The position numbers were made by a program, and so were the translations under genes. Below the pieces are notes generated by a model. That model saw only the letters and a list, made by a program, of their open reading frames with translations. It had not been told where the DNA came from and did not search any database. A stretch of 64,000 nucleotides of DNA from Candidatus Woesearchaeota archaeon (lineage in GTDB: Archaea > Nanobdellota > Nanobdellia > Woesearchaeales > 0-14-0-80-44-23), in contig JAVZCZ010000001.1 of NCBI GenBank assembly GCA_038874135.1, forward strand, positions 352,001 to 416,000. Direction: 5' to 3'. This document shows positions 10,385 to 20,059 of the stretch, one piece after another. Within the stretch, counting starts at the first letter, position 1. The number at the start of each line of letters is the position of its first letter.

Positions 10385-12430
10385 ATGATAATTGGGAGTG
10401 ATTATTACAACAATATGGACAGGGGATATTATTCTGAAAACTCAGAAGGCAGCGAGCCCGACATTGAAAAGCCCATAGTGCGCATAAGCGAGCTTGGACA
10501 GACAGTTACAGAGGGCAGGGCTGGAGGGGGAACTCTCCTGGACACGATGAGAGCTGCAATATTCAGAGGGGCTGGAAAGGTGGAGCTTCAACTCCAGCAG
10601 GAGGGCTCTGAGCCATTCGTTGGAGCTGAATCGTATGGCAGAGAGATGAGACAGGACATAAGAGACCTATCAAGAGTCAACCAGGTAAGGATAACCAGCA
10701 TACACGCACCAACCTGGGTCGGAAACCTTTCGGGCTATGCTGGCAGGCAGCAGGGATTCAGTGATGAGTACAGAGCAATGCAGGTTGAAGAGATAAAAAA
10801 GGCAATTGACTTCGCTGCGGACACAACAGGAGGCTCAGCAGTTGTGGTTCACACAGGAGAGTTTGAAAGGCCTATAAGCGAGAGTCCCTGGAATAAGAAC
10901 GGCGCTTTTAGGCAGTATGAAGAGGAACCTCAGAAGGCAATGTATTCTCTCGTTGACAGGAGAAGCGGTCATGTAATAAGTGTCATAAGAAAGGACACTC
11001 CTATAATGGTTCCAAAGTGGAAGACGAATGAGAAGGGCGAATTTGTGGATTATGAGGGGAATGTCGTCTCATTCAAAGATAGGGTTCCCGAGTTTGATCC
11101 TAAAAATCCTGAAAAGATAATTATGGAACAAAAGGACTGGAACTATTTTATTAAAGAAGCTGAGATGAGAAACCGGGAGCTTGAGCGCCAAAAGGGCAGA
11201 CCCCTTCTTCCAGATGAAAGAATAACCCCTGAAGAGGCGTTCTATATCTCAATGCTGGACGCTCAGGAAAAAACAGCTAGGGGCTGGGCAATGAACTATG
11301 CACAGGGGATGGAAGAGCAGATAAAGGCGCTGGAAAAGTTAAAAGAGGCGAGAAAGTATTATGAAGAGCTTGAGAAGAGGACTCCAAAAGAGCAGCTGTG
11401 GAAGATAATGAGGGAGGATCCTACAATTAGCAGAATTACAGGAGGAATTGCGCCTTCAGAATACAAGCTTCCAACCCAGTTGATTGACGAGCAGATAAAA
11501 GAGATTAGGGAGAGAATAAATGCTGAAAAAGACATGGTGACTGGACAGTTACAGAGTGCTAAGGAAGCTGAAATTGCAAAGCAGAATGTTATATCACTAG
11601 AGAAGTATGCCAAGAATAAAACCCTGCACTCGTACGCTGAGCTAGGAATATATGCTATGCAGCGAACTGAAGAGGGGATGAAACAAGGAAAGATTGACAA
11701 GCCAATATTCATAGCTCCAGAAAACCTGTTCCCTGAAATGGGCTACGGCAGCCATCCTGAAGAGCTGATAGAGCTTGTAGAAAATGCGAGAAAGAAGATG
11801 GTAGAATACCTCACACAGCCTCAGATTCCAGATCCTTCAGGAGCTTTGGACCCAGCAACTGGAAAGCCTAAAATGATAAACAATCCGTACTACAGGGGAA
11901 TGAGCAGGGAGGAAGCTGAAAAGAAAGCTAGGGAGCATATAAAGGCAACACTGGACACTCAACACTTAGGAATGTGGTTCAAGTATTTCACTCCAAAACC
12001 AGGAGAAACCGAGGAGGAACGCTTCAAGAGATTTGAAAAGTGGTACCTTGAAGAAGTCAAAAAGATGGAAGAAAAGGGGATAATAGGGCACATGCACATA
12101 GTTGACGGATTTGGAAGCGGACATACGCATCTCCCAGCAGGGGAAGGCAGGCTACCTATAAGAAGCGCTGTGGAATATCTAAAGAAAAAGGGCTACACAG
12201 GTACTATGAGCTCTGAAGGCTATGGAGAGCAGGGAAGACAGCTTACCCAGGCGTGGGCATACTTCGGAAGCCCCATCTATCACAGAGCGGCTGTAGAACC
12301 ATCTGCAGCCAGGAGCTGGACTGAGGTTGAACACTCATACTTCTCCCAGATGCAAACGCCATACTTTGTATTCGGAGCATACTCACCTTCTAACGATTGG
12401 ACCCTGTGGAGCGGGGTGCCATTAGAATGA
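10385..12430 (+). CDS. Xylose-isomerase/endonuclease IV-like TIM-barrel metalloprotein with a large insertion
   Basis: Metal-ligand motifs SIHAP, VVVHTGE, APENL, TLDTQH, HMHIVD, HTHLPAGEG, SSEG. Confidence 0.85.
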   Translation: MIIGSDYYNNMDRGYYSENSEGSEPDIEKPIVRISELGQTVTEGRAGGGTLLDTMRAAIFRGAGKVELQLQQEGSEPFVGAESYGREMRQDIRDLSRVNQVRITSIHAPTWVGNLSGYAGRQQGFSDEYRAMQVEEIKKAIDFAADTTGGSAVVVHTGEFERPISESPWNKNGAFRQYEEEPQKAMYSLVDRRSGHVISVIRKDTPIMVPKWKTNEKGEFVDYEGNVVSFKDRVPEFDPKNPEKIIMEQKDWNYFIKEAEMRNRELERQKGRPLLPDERITPEEAFYISMLDAQEKTARGWAMNYAQGMEEQIKALEKLKEARKYYEELEKRTPKEQLWKIMREDPTISRITGGIAPSEYKLPTQLIDEQIKEIRERINAEKDMVTGQLQSAKEAEIAKQNVISLEKYAKNKTLHSYAELGIYAMQRTEEGMKQGKIDKPIFIAPENLFPEMGYGSHPEELIELVENARKKMVEYLTQPQIPDPSGALDPATGKPKMINNPYYRGMSREEAEKKAREHIKATLDTQHLGMWFKYFTPKPGETEEERFKRFEKWYLEEVKKMEEKGIIGHMHIVDGFGSGHTHLPAGEGRLPIRSAVEYLKKKGYTGTMSSEGYGEQGRQLTQAWAYFGSPIYHRAAVEPSAARSWTEVEHSYFSQMQTPYFVFGAYSPSNDWTLWSGVPLE

Positions 12431-13566
12431 GAAAGAAAAGCCTCGTCTCAGTAGTGAGGTGCAATTCTTACAAACTAAAAGAGGTTGAATCTGCAGTAAG
12501 GAAGTCCCTTGAAATGTTGGGAGTTGAAATCCCTAAAAGGAAGAATGTTCTGATAAAGCCCAACATAATACTTCCAAAAGAGCCAGAATATTCTGCCACA
12601 ACGCACCCGGCATTGGTGGAAGCGGTTTGCAGGATTCTTAAAGAAAAGCAGTGCAGAATAATAATTGGAGAGTCAGATGGAACCGGGCTTACTGAGCTTG
12701 GCTTCAAGAGGTCCGGAATTGAAGAAGTAGCAAAAAAGTATAATGCAAAGCTTGTAGCATTTGAAAAGGACAAAAAGATAAGAATAAAACGCAAGCATAA
12801 TCTCATAGTAAAAGAGGCATACCTTCCGGAAACACTAATTAAAGCGGACTTTGTGATAAACCTGCCGAAGCTGAAAACACACTCTCTAACAAAATACACT
12901 GGAGCAATAAAGAATATGTTTGGAATCATCCCGGGAGGCACTAAAGCTTTATACCACAGCCTCGCCCCAACAGAAAAAAGGTTCTCAGAAGTTCTCATAG
13001 ACGTTTATAATTTCAGAATCCCAGACCTAAACATAATAGACGGAATAGTTGGAATGGAAGGCATGGGCCCAACTCAGGGCACTCCTAAGAAGAGCGGACT
13101 AATAATTGCTAGCACAGATGGGCCCGCACTGGACTTAGTAGCTTCCAGGATAATAGGACTTGAACCTGAAAGGGTGTATCATATACAGAAAGCGTTTGAG
13201 AGAAAACTCTCAGACAAGAACAACATTGAAATAGTTGGAGAGGATGGCAAGGTTGAATCGCTCGGAAGGTATTATATCAAGTATAAGAGGGCTCCGGAAG
13301 CTGGAAGCTTATTGTCCCTGCTTGGAAGGAAGGCGATAAATGCGTTTGCTCCCAGACCAATATTGATGAGGGAGAAATGCACGGCGTGCAGGGTCTGTTA
13401 CAAGCACTGCCCTGTAGATGCCATAAGCTTCAAAAGGGGATTTCCAGAGATCAATAGAAAGAAGTGCATAAGGTGCTTCTGCTGCGTTGAGCTCTGCATT
13501 CAAAAGGCGATGGTGGTTGAAAAAACGACACTTCTTTCAATAATAAAAAGGCTAATTGGAAAATAA
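12427..13566 (+). CDS. DUF362 protein with a C-terminal 2x[4Fe-4S] ferredoxin domain
   Basis: VLIKPN, TTHP, INLPKLKTH, GAIKNMFG, IIDGIVGMEGMGP; CxxCxxCxxxCP and CxxCxCCxxxC; start taken at the ATG overlapping the upstream TGA. Confidence 0.92.
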   Translation: MRKKSLVSVVRCNSYKLKEVESAVRKSLEMLGVEIPKRKNVLIKPNIILPKEPEYSATTHPALVEAVCRILKEKQCRIIIGESDGTGLTELGFKRSGIEEVAKKYNAKLVAFEKDKKIRIKRKHNLIVKEAYLPETLIKADFVINLPKLKTHSLTKYTGAIKNMFGIIPGGTKALYHSLAPTEKRFSEVLIDVYNFRIPDLNIIDGIVGMEGMGPTQGTPKKSGLIIASTDGPALDLVASRIIGLEPERVYHIQKAFERKLSDKNNIEIVGEDGKVESLGRYYIKYKRAPEAGSLLSLLGRKAINAFAPRPILMREKCTACRVCYKHCPVDAISFKRGFPEINRKKCIRCFCCVELCIQKAMVVEKTTLLSIIKRLIGK

Positions 13567-13569
13567 GAT

Positions 13570-14721
13570 TTATAGCCCGGCTTCCTTCCTTAAAATTTCA
13601 GCCTTATCAGTTCTCTCCCAGGTGAATTCTGGAAGCTCCCTGCCAAAGTGCCCGTAAGCAGCTGTCTTAGAATATATCGGCCTCTTCAGATTGAGCGTCT
13701 TTATCATCTCAGCAGGTTTGAATGAGAAGTGCTTTCTGATTAGTTCTAAAATTTTATCTTCAGGAATCCTGTTTGTGCCGAAGCACTCTATGTTTATTGA
13801 GGTTGGCTCGGCAACGCCTATGGCGTATGAAACAGTTATCTGAAATCTATCTGCGATTCCTGAAGCAACTATGTTTTTAGCCACATACCTCGCCATATAA
13901 GAAGCTGACCTGTCTACCTTAGAAGGATCCTTTCCAGAGAAGGCTCCTCCGCCATGGGGCACTATGCCTCCGTAAGCGTCAGCCACCACCTTCCTGCCAG
14001 TCATTCCAGTATCAGCTTGAGGGCCGCCCAGCACGAACTTTCCCGTGCCGTTTATTATGAACTTCGTGTTCTTGTCAATCAATTTTCCGCAAACCGGGCT
14101 TATAACATGTTTGATTATGTCCTGCCTCAATTTTTCAACCTTAACCTTTTCAGAATGCTGAGCGGCTATGATTACATTGTCAATCCTTACAGGCTTTCCA
14201 TTCTCGTACTCCACGCTTATCTGCGCCTTTCCGTCAGGCCTAAGATAGGGCAGGGTTCCGTTCTTGCGCACCTCTGCAAGGCGCATGCAGAGCCTATGAG
14301 CCAGTAGTATTGGAAGGGGCATCAGCTCTTTAGTCTCGTTGCAGGCAAATCCCGTCATTGTACCCTGATCTCCTGCTCCCTGTTCGTGCTTTTCAGAAGG
14401 GTTTACACCCTGCGCTATGTCTGGACTCTGAGGTTGTATTGAAACCAGAACACCAGTTGTCTTAGCATCCAAGCCGCACTCTTCACTAGTGTAGCCTATC
14501 TTTGCTATAGCGTTCCTAACTATGTTCGGGATTTCCACATAAGTTTTAGTAGTTATCTCTCCAGCAACTAGAATAATGCCCCTAGTAGCGAATGTCTCAC
14601 ACGCAACTCTCGCATCTGGATCCTTTTCAATTATTGCATCAAGTATGCTGTCCGAGATTATATCACACACCTTATCAGGATGTCCCTCTGTTACACTTTC
14701 TGCTGTAAAGATTTTTTTCAT
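13570..14721 (-). CDS. metK: S-adenosylmethionine synthetase (bacterial/eukaryal type)
   Basis: [25 protein letters not shown] and YGHFGR signatures; GAGGTG RBS before the ATG at 14721. Confidence 0.97.
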   Translation of the reverse strand: MKKIFTAESVTEGHPDKVCDIISDSILDAIIEKDPDARVACETFATRGIILVAGEITTKTYVEIPNIVRNAIAKIGYTSEECGLDAKTTGVLVSIQPQSPDIAQGVNPSEKHEQGAGDQGTMTGFACNETKELMPLPILLAHRLCMRLAEVRKNGTLPYLRPDGKAQISVEYENGKPVRIDNVIIAAQHSEKVKVEKLRQDIIKHVISPVCGKLIDKNTKFIINGTGKFVLGGPQADTGMTGRKVVADAYGGIVPHGGGAFSGKDPSKVDRSASYMARYVAKNIVASGIADRFQITVSYAIGVAEPTSINIECFGTNRIPEDKILELIRKHFSFKPAEMIKTLNLKRPIYSKTAAYGHFGRELPEFTWERTDKAEILRKEAGL

Positions 14722-14727
14722 TAGTAC

Positions 14728-14755
14728 GCACCTCAATCTGAAAAGGTGCAGATTG
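14728..14755 (-). promoter_or_regulatory. Overlapping inverted repeats at the metK RBS (operator or anti-SD switch)
   Basis: CAATCTG-N8-CAGATTG (14734-14755); GCACCT/AGGTGC pairing covers the GAGGTG RBS. Confidence 0.5.
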
Positions 14756-14782
14756 TGGTAGTGTTTTTAAAGTTTTTGGAAG

Positions 14783-14806
14783 AAAATATTCCAATAGGAA
14801 TATTTT
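14783..14806. promoter_or_regulatory. Palindrome upstream of the metK TATA box
   Basis: AAAATATTCC-AATA-GGAATATTTT, perfect 10-bp arms. Confidence 0.55.
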
Positions 14807-14815
14807 TAATTAAAT

Positions 14816-15310
14816 TTAATGATTTAAAACATTAAGCTTAGGCGCTGGAACCTTTATCATTTGTGCTAGTTCCATGTCCGAGAGAAACTCTTCTCTTTTC
14901 AGCTCATCCACTATATAATACACCTGTCTGTCCACAAGATGAAACCTCATCTCAAGATTTTCAAGGAAGTCTTCCGCCTCTTGTATATTTCTAAAAACAC
15001 CTTCAACTAAGAAGTCGTAGCCGTTTGTTACCTTGTAAAGCGAATTTACATTGTAATGTTTAAGAAGATAGTTCTTTGCTTCTTCTTTGTATTCCCGCTC
15101 AAATCTCAGAAAGATGTTTGCCCTGATAGCATATCCAAAAGCTGAGAAGTCAATCAGAGCAGTATACTTCTTGATGAGATTTCCCTGATAAGATCTTATT
15201 TTTTCATAAAGAGTAGAGATTGGAATGCTTGTTTTTCTGCTCATCCTGGTAAGAGACATTCTTGCGTTCTGCCTAAGCTGGCAGATTATCTTAGATTCGT
15301 CCTTCCTCAT
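14816..15310 (-). CDS. Lrp/AsnC family transcriptional regulator
   Basis: 'IICQLRQNARMSLTRMSRKTSIPISTL' HTH; 'VNSLYKVTNGYDFLVE' RAM domain. Confidence 0.92.
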   Translation of the reverse strand: MRKDESKIICQLRQNARMSLTRMSRKTSIPISTLYEKIRSYQGNLIKKYTALIDFSAFGYAIRANIFLRFEREYKEEAKNYLLKHYNVNSLYKVTNGYDFLVEGVFRNIQEAEDFLENLEMRFHLVDRQVYYIVDELKREEFLSDMELAQMIKVPAPKLNVLNH

Positions 15311-15351
15311 TTTTTAAGACGCCCCACTGAAACATTAAAAAATAGTAAAAT

Positions 15352-15399
15352 ATATATACTTTATTGACTTATAATAAATTAGGTATATAAAGTATATAT
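15352..15399. promoter_or_regulatory. Inverted repeat in the divergent lrp/phoU promoter region
   Basis: ATATATACTTTAT (15352-15364) and ATAAAGTATATAT (15387-15399). Confidence 0.5.
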
Positions 15400-15410
15400 T
15401 TTGATGAAAT

Positions 15411-16379
15411 ATGGAATTTAGAAATGTGATTAAATCGGGGAACACCTCTTATGTAATTTCGCTGCCGCGAAGATGGATTCTAAAAAACCAGATTGAAAAA
15501 GGAAGCGTTCTTTCAATTCAAGAAAACAGAGACGGCTCTCTAATAATTACTCCTGAAAAAAAAGAGCTGAAAAAAACTGAAAAAGAATATTCAATAAATC
15601 TGGATGAAACAACTCCTGAAACCTTCCGAAGGCAGCTGGTTTCCTGTTACATAAATGGGTATACTACTCTGATAATAAGAGGAAAAAATATTACGAGCTA
15701 TTTAAAAATGATTAAAGACTCACTAGAAGAACTGATAGCCTTTGAAATAATGGAGATAGAAAAAGAGAGGATAGTGATAAGAGATTGTCTGAATTTTGGA
15801 GAGATGAATTTTGAAGACATAATAAGAAAGATGGACATAAACATAAGAGGAATGTTTGAAGAGGTTTTAAACTCGTTGGAGAAATTGCAGATAACTGAAA
15901 CTCAAATCTCATCAATAGGAAACATGGACAAAAATCTCAATAGGTTAAATTTTCTTTGCGAAAAAATTGCACGCGAAGCCCTTGAAAAGCCACCCGTTGC
16001 TAACGCGCTAGGAGTTTCTCCCCTACAAAGTTTTATAGCAGTAAATACCAGTGCCGCATTAGAGAATATAGGGGATAACCTAAAAAATTTAATGAAACAT
16101 CTAAAAAACAGCCTCAGCCGGGAAGAAAAAGTGTTTATAAGGAAGCAGTGCTTGTTATCCTTTGAAAACTACAAGAATGCTATGGAAGCATATTTCAAAA
16201 GGGACAAGCGCGCTGCAAATCAGGTCTCTGACGAAAAGCACAGAATAAGAGAAAAAAATGAGGAATTCTTTGCAAAGAAGAAAAACATGAGCATAGCTGC
16301 ATCAAGAGCGATAGAACGCATTCAGATGATTGAAAGCATGATAGGAATAATAATGAGAACAATAATTGACATGGTATAG
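15411..16379 (+). CDS. AbrB-PhoU phosphate-uptake regulator family protein
   Basis: N-terminal 'SGNTSYVISLPRRW' AbrB domain; PhoU-like helices 'LENIGD'. Confidence 0.9.
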   Translation: MEFRNVIKSGNTSYVISLPRRWILKNQIEKGSVLSIQENRDGSLIITPEKKELKKTEKEYSINLDETTPETFRRQLVSCYINGYTTLIIRGKNITSYLKMIKDSLEELIAFEIMEIEKERIVIRDCLNFGEMNFEDIIRKMDINIRGMFEEVLNSLEKLQITETQISSIGNMDKNLNRLNFLCEKIAREALEKPPVANALGVSPLQSFIAVNTSAALENIGDNLKNLMKHLKNSLSREEKVFIRKQCLLSFENYKNAMEAYFKRDKRAANQVSDEKHRIREKNEEFFAKKKNMSIAASRAIERIQMIESMIGIIMRTIIDMV

Positions 16380-16384
16380 CTAAA

Positions 16385-16945
16385 ATGGAAATTGAAATAT
16401 CACAAATAAAAAATATAAGAAAAAAACTGGAGATAACTCAGTCAGAACTTGCCAAACTTTCAGGCGTATCGCAGTCAATGATAGCAAAAATAGAAAGAGG
16501 AAAAATAGACCCTTCTCTCAGCATCTTTAAGAGGATTACCAATGCCATCACTGAACTTCAAAAGAAAAACTCAATAAAAGCGTATGAAATAATGAACAAA
16601 AAGATAATATATGCTTCCGAAGGAGAAACTACCAATTCAATAATCAAAAAAATGCTCAAACATGGAATATCACAAGTGCCGATATTTAAAGGAAAGAAAT
16701 GCATTGGATTAATAACTGAGAGCCAACTGCTAAAAGTAGGGAGCAAGCAATTAAAAGCAAAAGATGTCATGGGCGAATGTCCACCAACCATTCCAAAGGA
16801 CACGCCAATTGAAAACCTAATGGGGTTAATAGAATATTCCCCACTGATACTTGTTGTAGAAAATGGCTCTCCAATAGGAATAATCACAAAGAACGACATA
16901 ATAAAAGGAATGCTTTCCTATTCAAAAAAACAGGGAAAAATATAA
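16385..16945 (+). CDS. XRE-HTH + CBS-pair regulator
   Basis: 'ITQSELAKLSGVSQSMIAKIERGKIDPS'; CBS motifs 'GISQVPI' and 'GIITKNDI'. Confidence 0.93.
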   Translation: MEIEISQIKNIRKKLEITQSELAKLSGVSQSMIAKIERGKIDPSLSIFKRITNAITELQKKNSIKAYEIMNKKIIYASEGETTNSIIKKMLKHGISQVPIFKGKKCIGLITESQLLKVGSKQLKAKDVMGECPPTIPKDTPIENLMGLIEYSPLILVVENGSPIGIITKNDIIKGMLSYSKKQGKI

Positions 16946-16994
16946 CATTTAGTTAAATTTTTATATTACTCCTATTGTCACAACCTCTTGAAAC

Positions 16995-17067
16995 AGCCCC
17001 GTGGTGTAGTGGCCAATCATACAAGGCTCTGGACCTTGTGACCGCGGTTCGAATCCGCGCGGGGCTA
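16995..17067 (+). tRNA. tRNA-Gln(CTG)
   Basis: Acceptor AGCCCCG/CGGGGCT, anticodon arm CAAGG-CTCTGGA-CCTTG, T-loop GTTCGAATC; CCA not encoded. Confidence 0.96.
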
Positions 17068-17076
17068 TTCTCAATT

Positions 17077-17664
17077 TTAGAAGAGCTTTTCTAAGTGGTC
17101 TTGCATGAGAATTTCCATCTTCTTATAATTTCTATAAAGCTTTTCAAGTTCACAAGTTCTCAGGGAATAAAAAGTTTGGGACACTGCTGGATCTGTGCGT
17201 GAAGAGGCTCTCTGGATTATTAGATGGTATTGATCTAGCTCTTCACAGCTGAGCGTTTTGTACGCGAAATCTCCAATTAAGGTTCTTAAAACTTCAGCAT
17301 AGTCTTTTTTTTCAACATGGATTTTAAGCTCTGAAGTGTTTAATAAGTTTGAAAGCGCAAGTTCGTATTCATTAAGAAAATTTCTATAGTAATACCTCTT
17401 CTTTCCATCTTCTTTGAATATTCCGTAGTACATCCCCTTCAGCTGTTTAAGATTTTTTGAATAAAGTTTTTTAGGAAGCTCTTTTTCTTCTCTTAAGCAA
17501 TAATTTCTGATTGCATCTAAGTATTCCTGTTTTGAAGTTGGCCAGCTTTTAACAAATTGAGAGTCTGGCTTTGATTTCAAAAGTCTTGTTAAATCATCTT
17601 CAATATTCTCAACTTCCTTGCAGAACTTAATTATCTGGTCTTCAAGTCCAAAGGTGTTTGCCAT
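17077..17664 (-). CDS. Hypothetical helical protein (similar to 18921..19949)
   Basis: ORF with repeated short helical motifs; start placed at MANTF. Confidence 0.7.
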   Translation of the reverse strand: MANTFGLEDQIIKFCKEVENIEDDLTRLLKSKPDSQFVKSWPTSKQEYLDAIRNYCLREEKELPKKLYSKNLKQLKGMYYGIFKEDGKKRYYYRNFLNEYELALSNLLNTSELKIHVEKKDYAEVLRTLIGDFAYKTLSCEELDQYHLIIQRASSRTDPAVSQTFYSLRTCELEKLYRNYKKMEILMQDHLEKLF

Positions 17665-17758
17665 GCTTATTAAAAAAATCAACAACTATATAAATGTTAC
17701 TATAAAGTAGTAAAAATATAAAGAAAGTGTTTTAAATTAAATGGTTTAAAAGCAAGAT

Positions 17759-18937
17759 ATGAGTGAAGAAGATAAATGGGAGAACAATTCGCAGATCTCT
17801 CTTGAAGAGATAGTAAAAAATTCTCCATCTTTTAAAAAAGAAGTTGAAAAGGAAGTAATAAAAGCTAAAAGAGAAAATTGTTCAATGTCAGAAAAAGATG
17901 CTCTTGAAATAGCTTTAGATTTTCTTAAAAAAGTTGAAAATGGTGAGTGGAAGCCAATATTTTACAAGTTTACACAATCCGTCAACGATTCATATCCGGC
18001 TTACACATCAATAATAACATATTGGGGTTCAAATAGCCTTCTGGAGAAGATAGTAAAAAAGAGCAACCAGAAGATAACAGTCCAAGAGCTTGTTAAAAAT
18101 CTGAAGAATGGGAAGAATATTAACCTCAGTGCTCAGTTTATACTTCCAACATTGGAAACAAAAAGCGCCTATGAGATAATTGCACTTGCTCAAGAAGGTA
18201 AAATCTCTCTAGGAGAGAAATTAACCCCAATAAGTCAGAAAGTGTTAGAGAATTACCTAGATGAAGTTGGAATAACTCATAAGATGGCAGAGGGATTTCA
18301 GATTCCTTGGGAAGAGAAGCGTACTAAGCTTATTGAGTACATAAGGCTTCCTGAAAATTTGCAGAATGTTAAGTCCATAGTGGAGATTTATGAAAAGTTA
18401 GGAAAGAGCATAACTGAAAGACAAGCACTTGAAAAACTTGAAGAATATCAGCGAGGGCATAAGGACGAAAATATAAGCACTTATCTTGCCATTGAAAAAA
18501 TTAGGCAGCTTTTCTCAAAGTATAAGGGGAAAGACCCCGGATTTAAAAAAGCCTATGAGATTTTTCAAGAATACCAAAACATGGACTATGTCCCTGAGGT
18601 TAACATAAAAGAAAAATTCTTAAGGCAGAGTCCGAATGTTGGAAGATTCGCATATGAAGATGGCGCTTATAGAAAAGAGATAGGGCATGAGCACATAGAA
18701 ATCTTTGAGATGTATAAGGCTCGTAAGGATAGAGGCGGCAACAATTTAATAATCTCATTAATAGCAGCAGCTTTAATTGCACTTTCTTCGCTTTGGATTC
18801 AAGGAATTACAGGATATTCAGTTATGGAGTTTGAAAATTCTGCAGAGTATCTGCAAAATTTTGGGATTAGCATAGTTTTGGTAAGCGCATTTGTTCTGGC
18901 CATTCTGAGCATAAACTATCTCAAAGGTCAGGATTAA
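17759..18937 (+). CDS. Hypothetical protein with two C-terminal TM helices
   Basis: Charged helical body; TM-'ITGYSV'-TM tail. Confidence 0.75.
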   Translation: MSEEDKWENNSQISLEEIVKNSPSFKKEVEKEVIKAKRENCSMSEKDALEIALDFLKKVENGEWKPIFYKFTQSVNDSYPAYTSIITYWGSNSLLEKIVKKSNQKITVQELVKNLKNGKNINLSAQFILPTLETKSAYEIIALAQEGKISLGEKLTPISQKVLENYLDEVGITHKMAEGFQIPWEEKRTKLIEYIRLPENLQNVKSIVEIYEKLGKSITERQALEKLEEYQRGHKDENISTYLAIEKIRQLFSKYKGKDPGFKKAYEIFQEYQNMDYVPEVNIKEKFLRQSPNVGRFAYEDGAYRKEIGHEHIEIFEMYKARKDRGGNNLIISLIAAALIALSSLWIQGITGYSVMEFENSAEYLQNFGISIVLVSAFVLAILSINYLKGQD

Positions 18938-19949
18938 GGGAAGATTCAACCTGCTGGACTAAGCTTTTAAAGTTTGTTGTTAAGTTGTAGAAGTATTCTA
19001 GATCTTCAATTGGCATAAATTCCAATGAGCGCTTTATTGAGTATTTAGAAGGAATGATCTTATTCTGAGTGGCAAGTGTGAGAGGCATGCTGAGGTGCAG
19101 AAATACTTTGAAAATCGGTAGGTTTATGTGAAAGAATGAGGTTAAGAATTCAATGTAAAAAGCCTTTTGTTCAGCCTTTTCCTTAGTAAGTGGTAGGTCA
19201 TCTAACATCGGTTGGATGCAGTTTTGAAGCATCTCTCGCTTTAGTATGATGTCTCTGCTTACTTCTTCTGACTCTTCAGCTTCTGCTATTTCGGATTCAT
19301 CAAAATCTGTAAGGGAAGTTGAGTTGTAAAGCAGGTTGATTGCCTGCTCCAGGTCTTGTATTGAGTATCTGTTAAGTAACCATTTGACATCTCCGCTTTC
19401 AACCTTTTTTGAGTGTAGTAAAAGCTCCTGAGCATATTGGCTCTTCTGCTCCTTTGCCCGCTCTTCAAAGTGAGCAATAAGCTGGGTCATTCCGTCTTTT
19501 TTACAATCATTTATGGATTTTATCACATTTTTTATTGAAATCCTTCCCCCGCTGATACGATCGTAGTAGCTCTTAAGCTCAGAAAGTTTCATCTTTTTGA
19601 ATTTACTGAGCTTTTGTTCTGCGCTTTCATTATCTCTATTCAGAGCGCCTATTCCAAGCTCATATTTTGTTAAGAAAATTACATAAAAGCTTTTTTGGAC
19701 ATTTTCCTCTTTAATCTCTCTAATTACTTCATCTTCCAACTCATTCTTGGTCATATAATAAAACTTTTCTGGGAATGGCTTGTTCAGCTCAGCATACTTT
19801 TCCTTCAAAAATTCTAGGCATTCTTTTTTTGTTAAGTTTGGGTCTAGTTTATTTTTTATGTCTTCAGCTTTTATTGAGCGTTCATATTTTTGTGCATATT
19901 TCTTGGCAAAATTGTCCCACTCCTCAATCATCTTGTCCAGGTCATCCAT
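18921..19949 (-). CDS. Hypothetical helical protein (similar to 17077..17664)
   Basis: Long ORF sharing motifs with the 17077 ORF; start placed at MDDLDK. Confidence 0.7.
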   Translation of the reverse strand: MDDLDKMIEEWDNFAKKYAQKYERSIKAEDIKNKLDPNLTKKECLEFLKEKYAELNKPFPEKFYYMTKNELEDEVIREIKEENVQKSFYVIFLTKYELGIGALNRDNESAEQKLSKFKKMKLSELKSYYDRISGGRISIKNVIKSINDCKKDGMTQLIAHFEERAKEQKSQYAQELLLHSKKVESGDVKWLLNRYSIQDLEQAINLLYNSTSLTDFDESEIAEAEESEEVSRDIILKREMLQNCIQPMLDDLPLTKEKAEQKAFYIEFLTSFFHINLPIFKVFLHLSMPLTLATQNKIIPSKYSIKRSLEFMPIEDLEYFYNLTTNFKSLVQQVESSLNPDL

Positions 19950-20059
19950 ACTGCTTTGAAAGAGCAAGAAATATTTAAAGATTGCGAAAATGTAACTATT
20001 ATTTAGTAGTTATTCTGATTTGTGAAAGTTTTAAATATACCTTTAAAAATATTGAAGGT

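Noticed and set aside
12468-12998. Long antisense ORFs (this one and others such as 35564..36004, 58124..58549, 49119..49517)
   Set aside because: They lie opposite well-supported genes and have Ser/Phe/Ile-rich shadow composition with no motifs.
16995-19980. Integrated element at tRNA-Gln
   Set aside because: No integrase, and I found no duplicated tRNA 3' end (att site) beyond the orphan genes.
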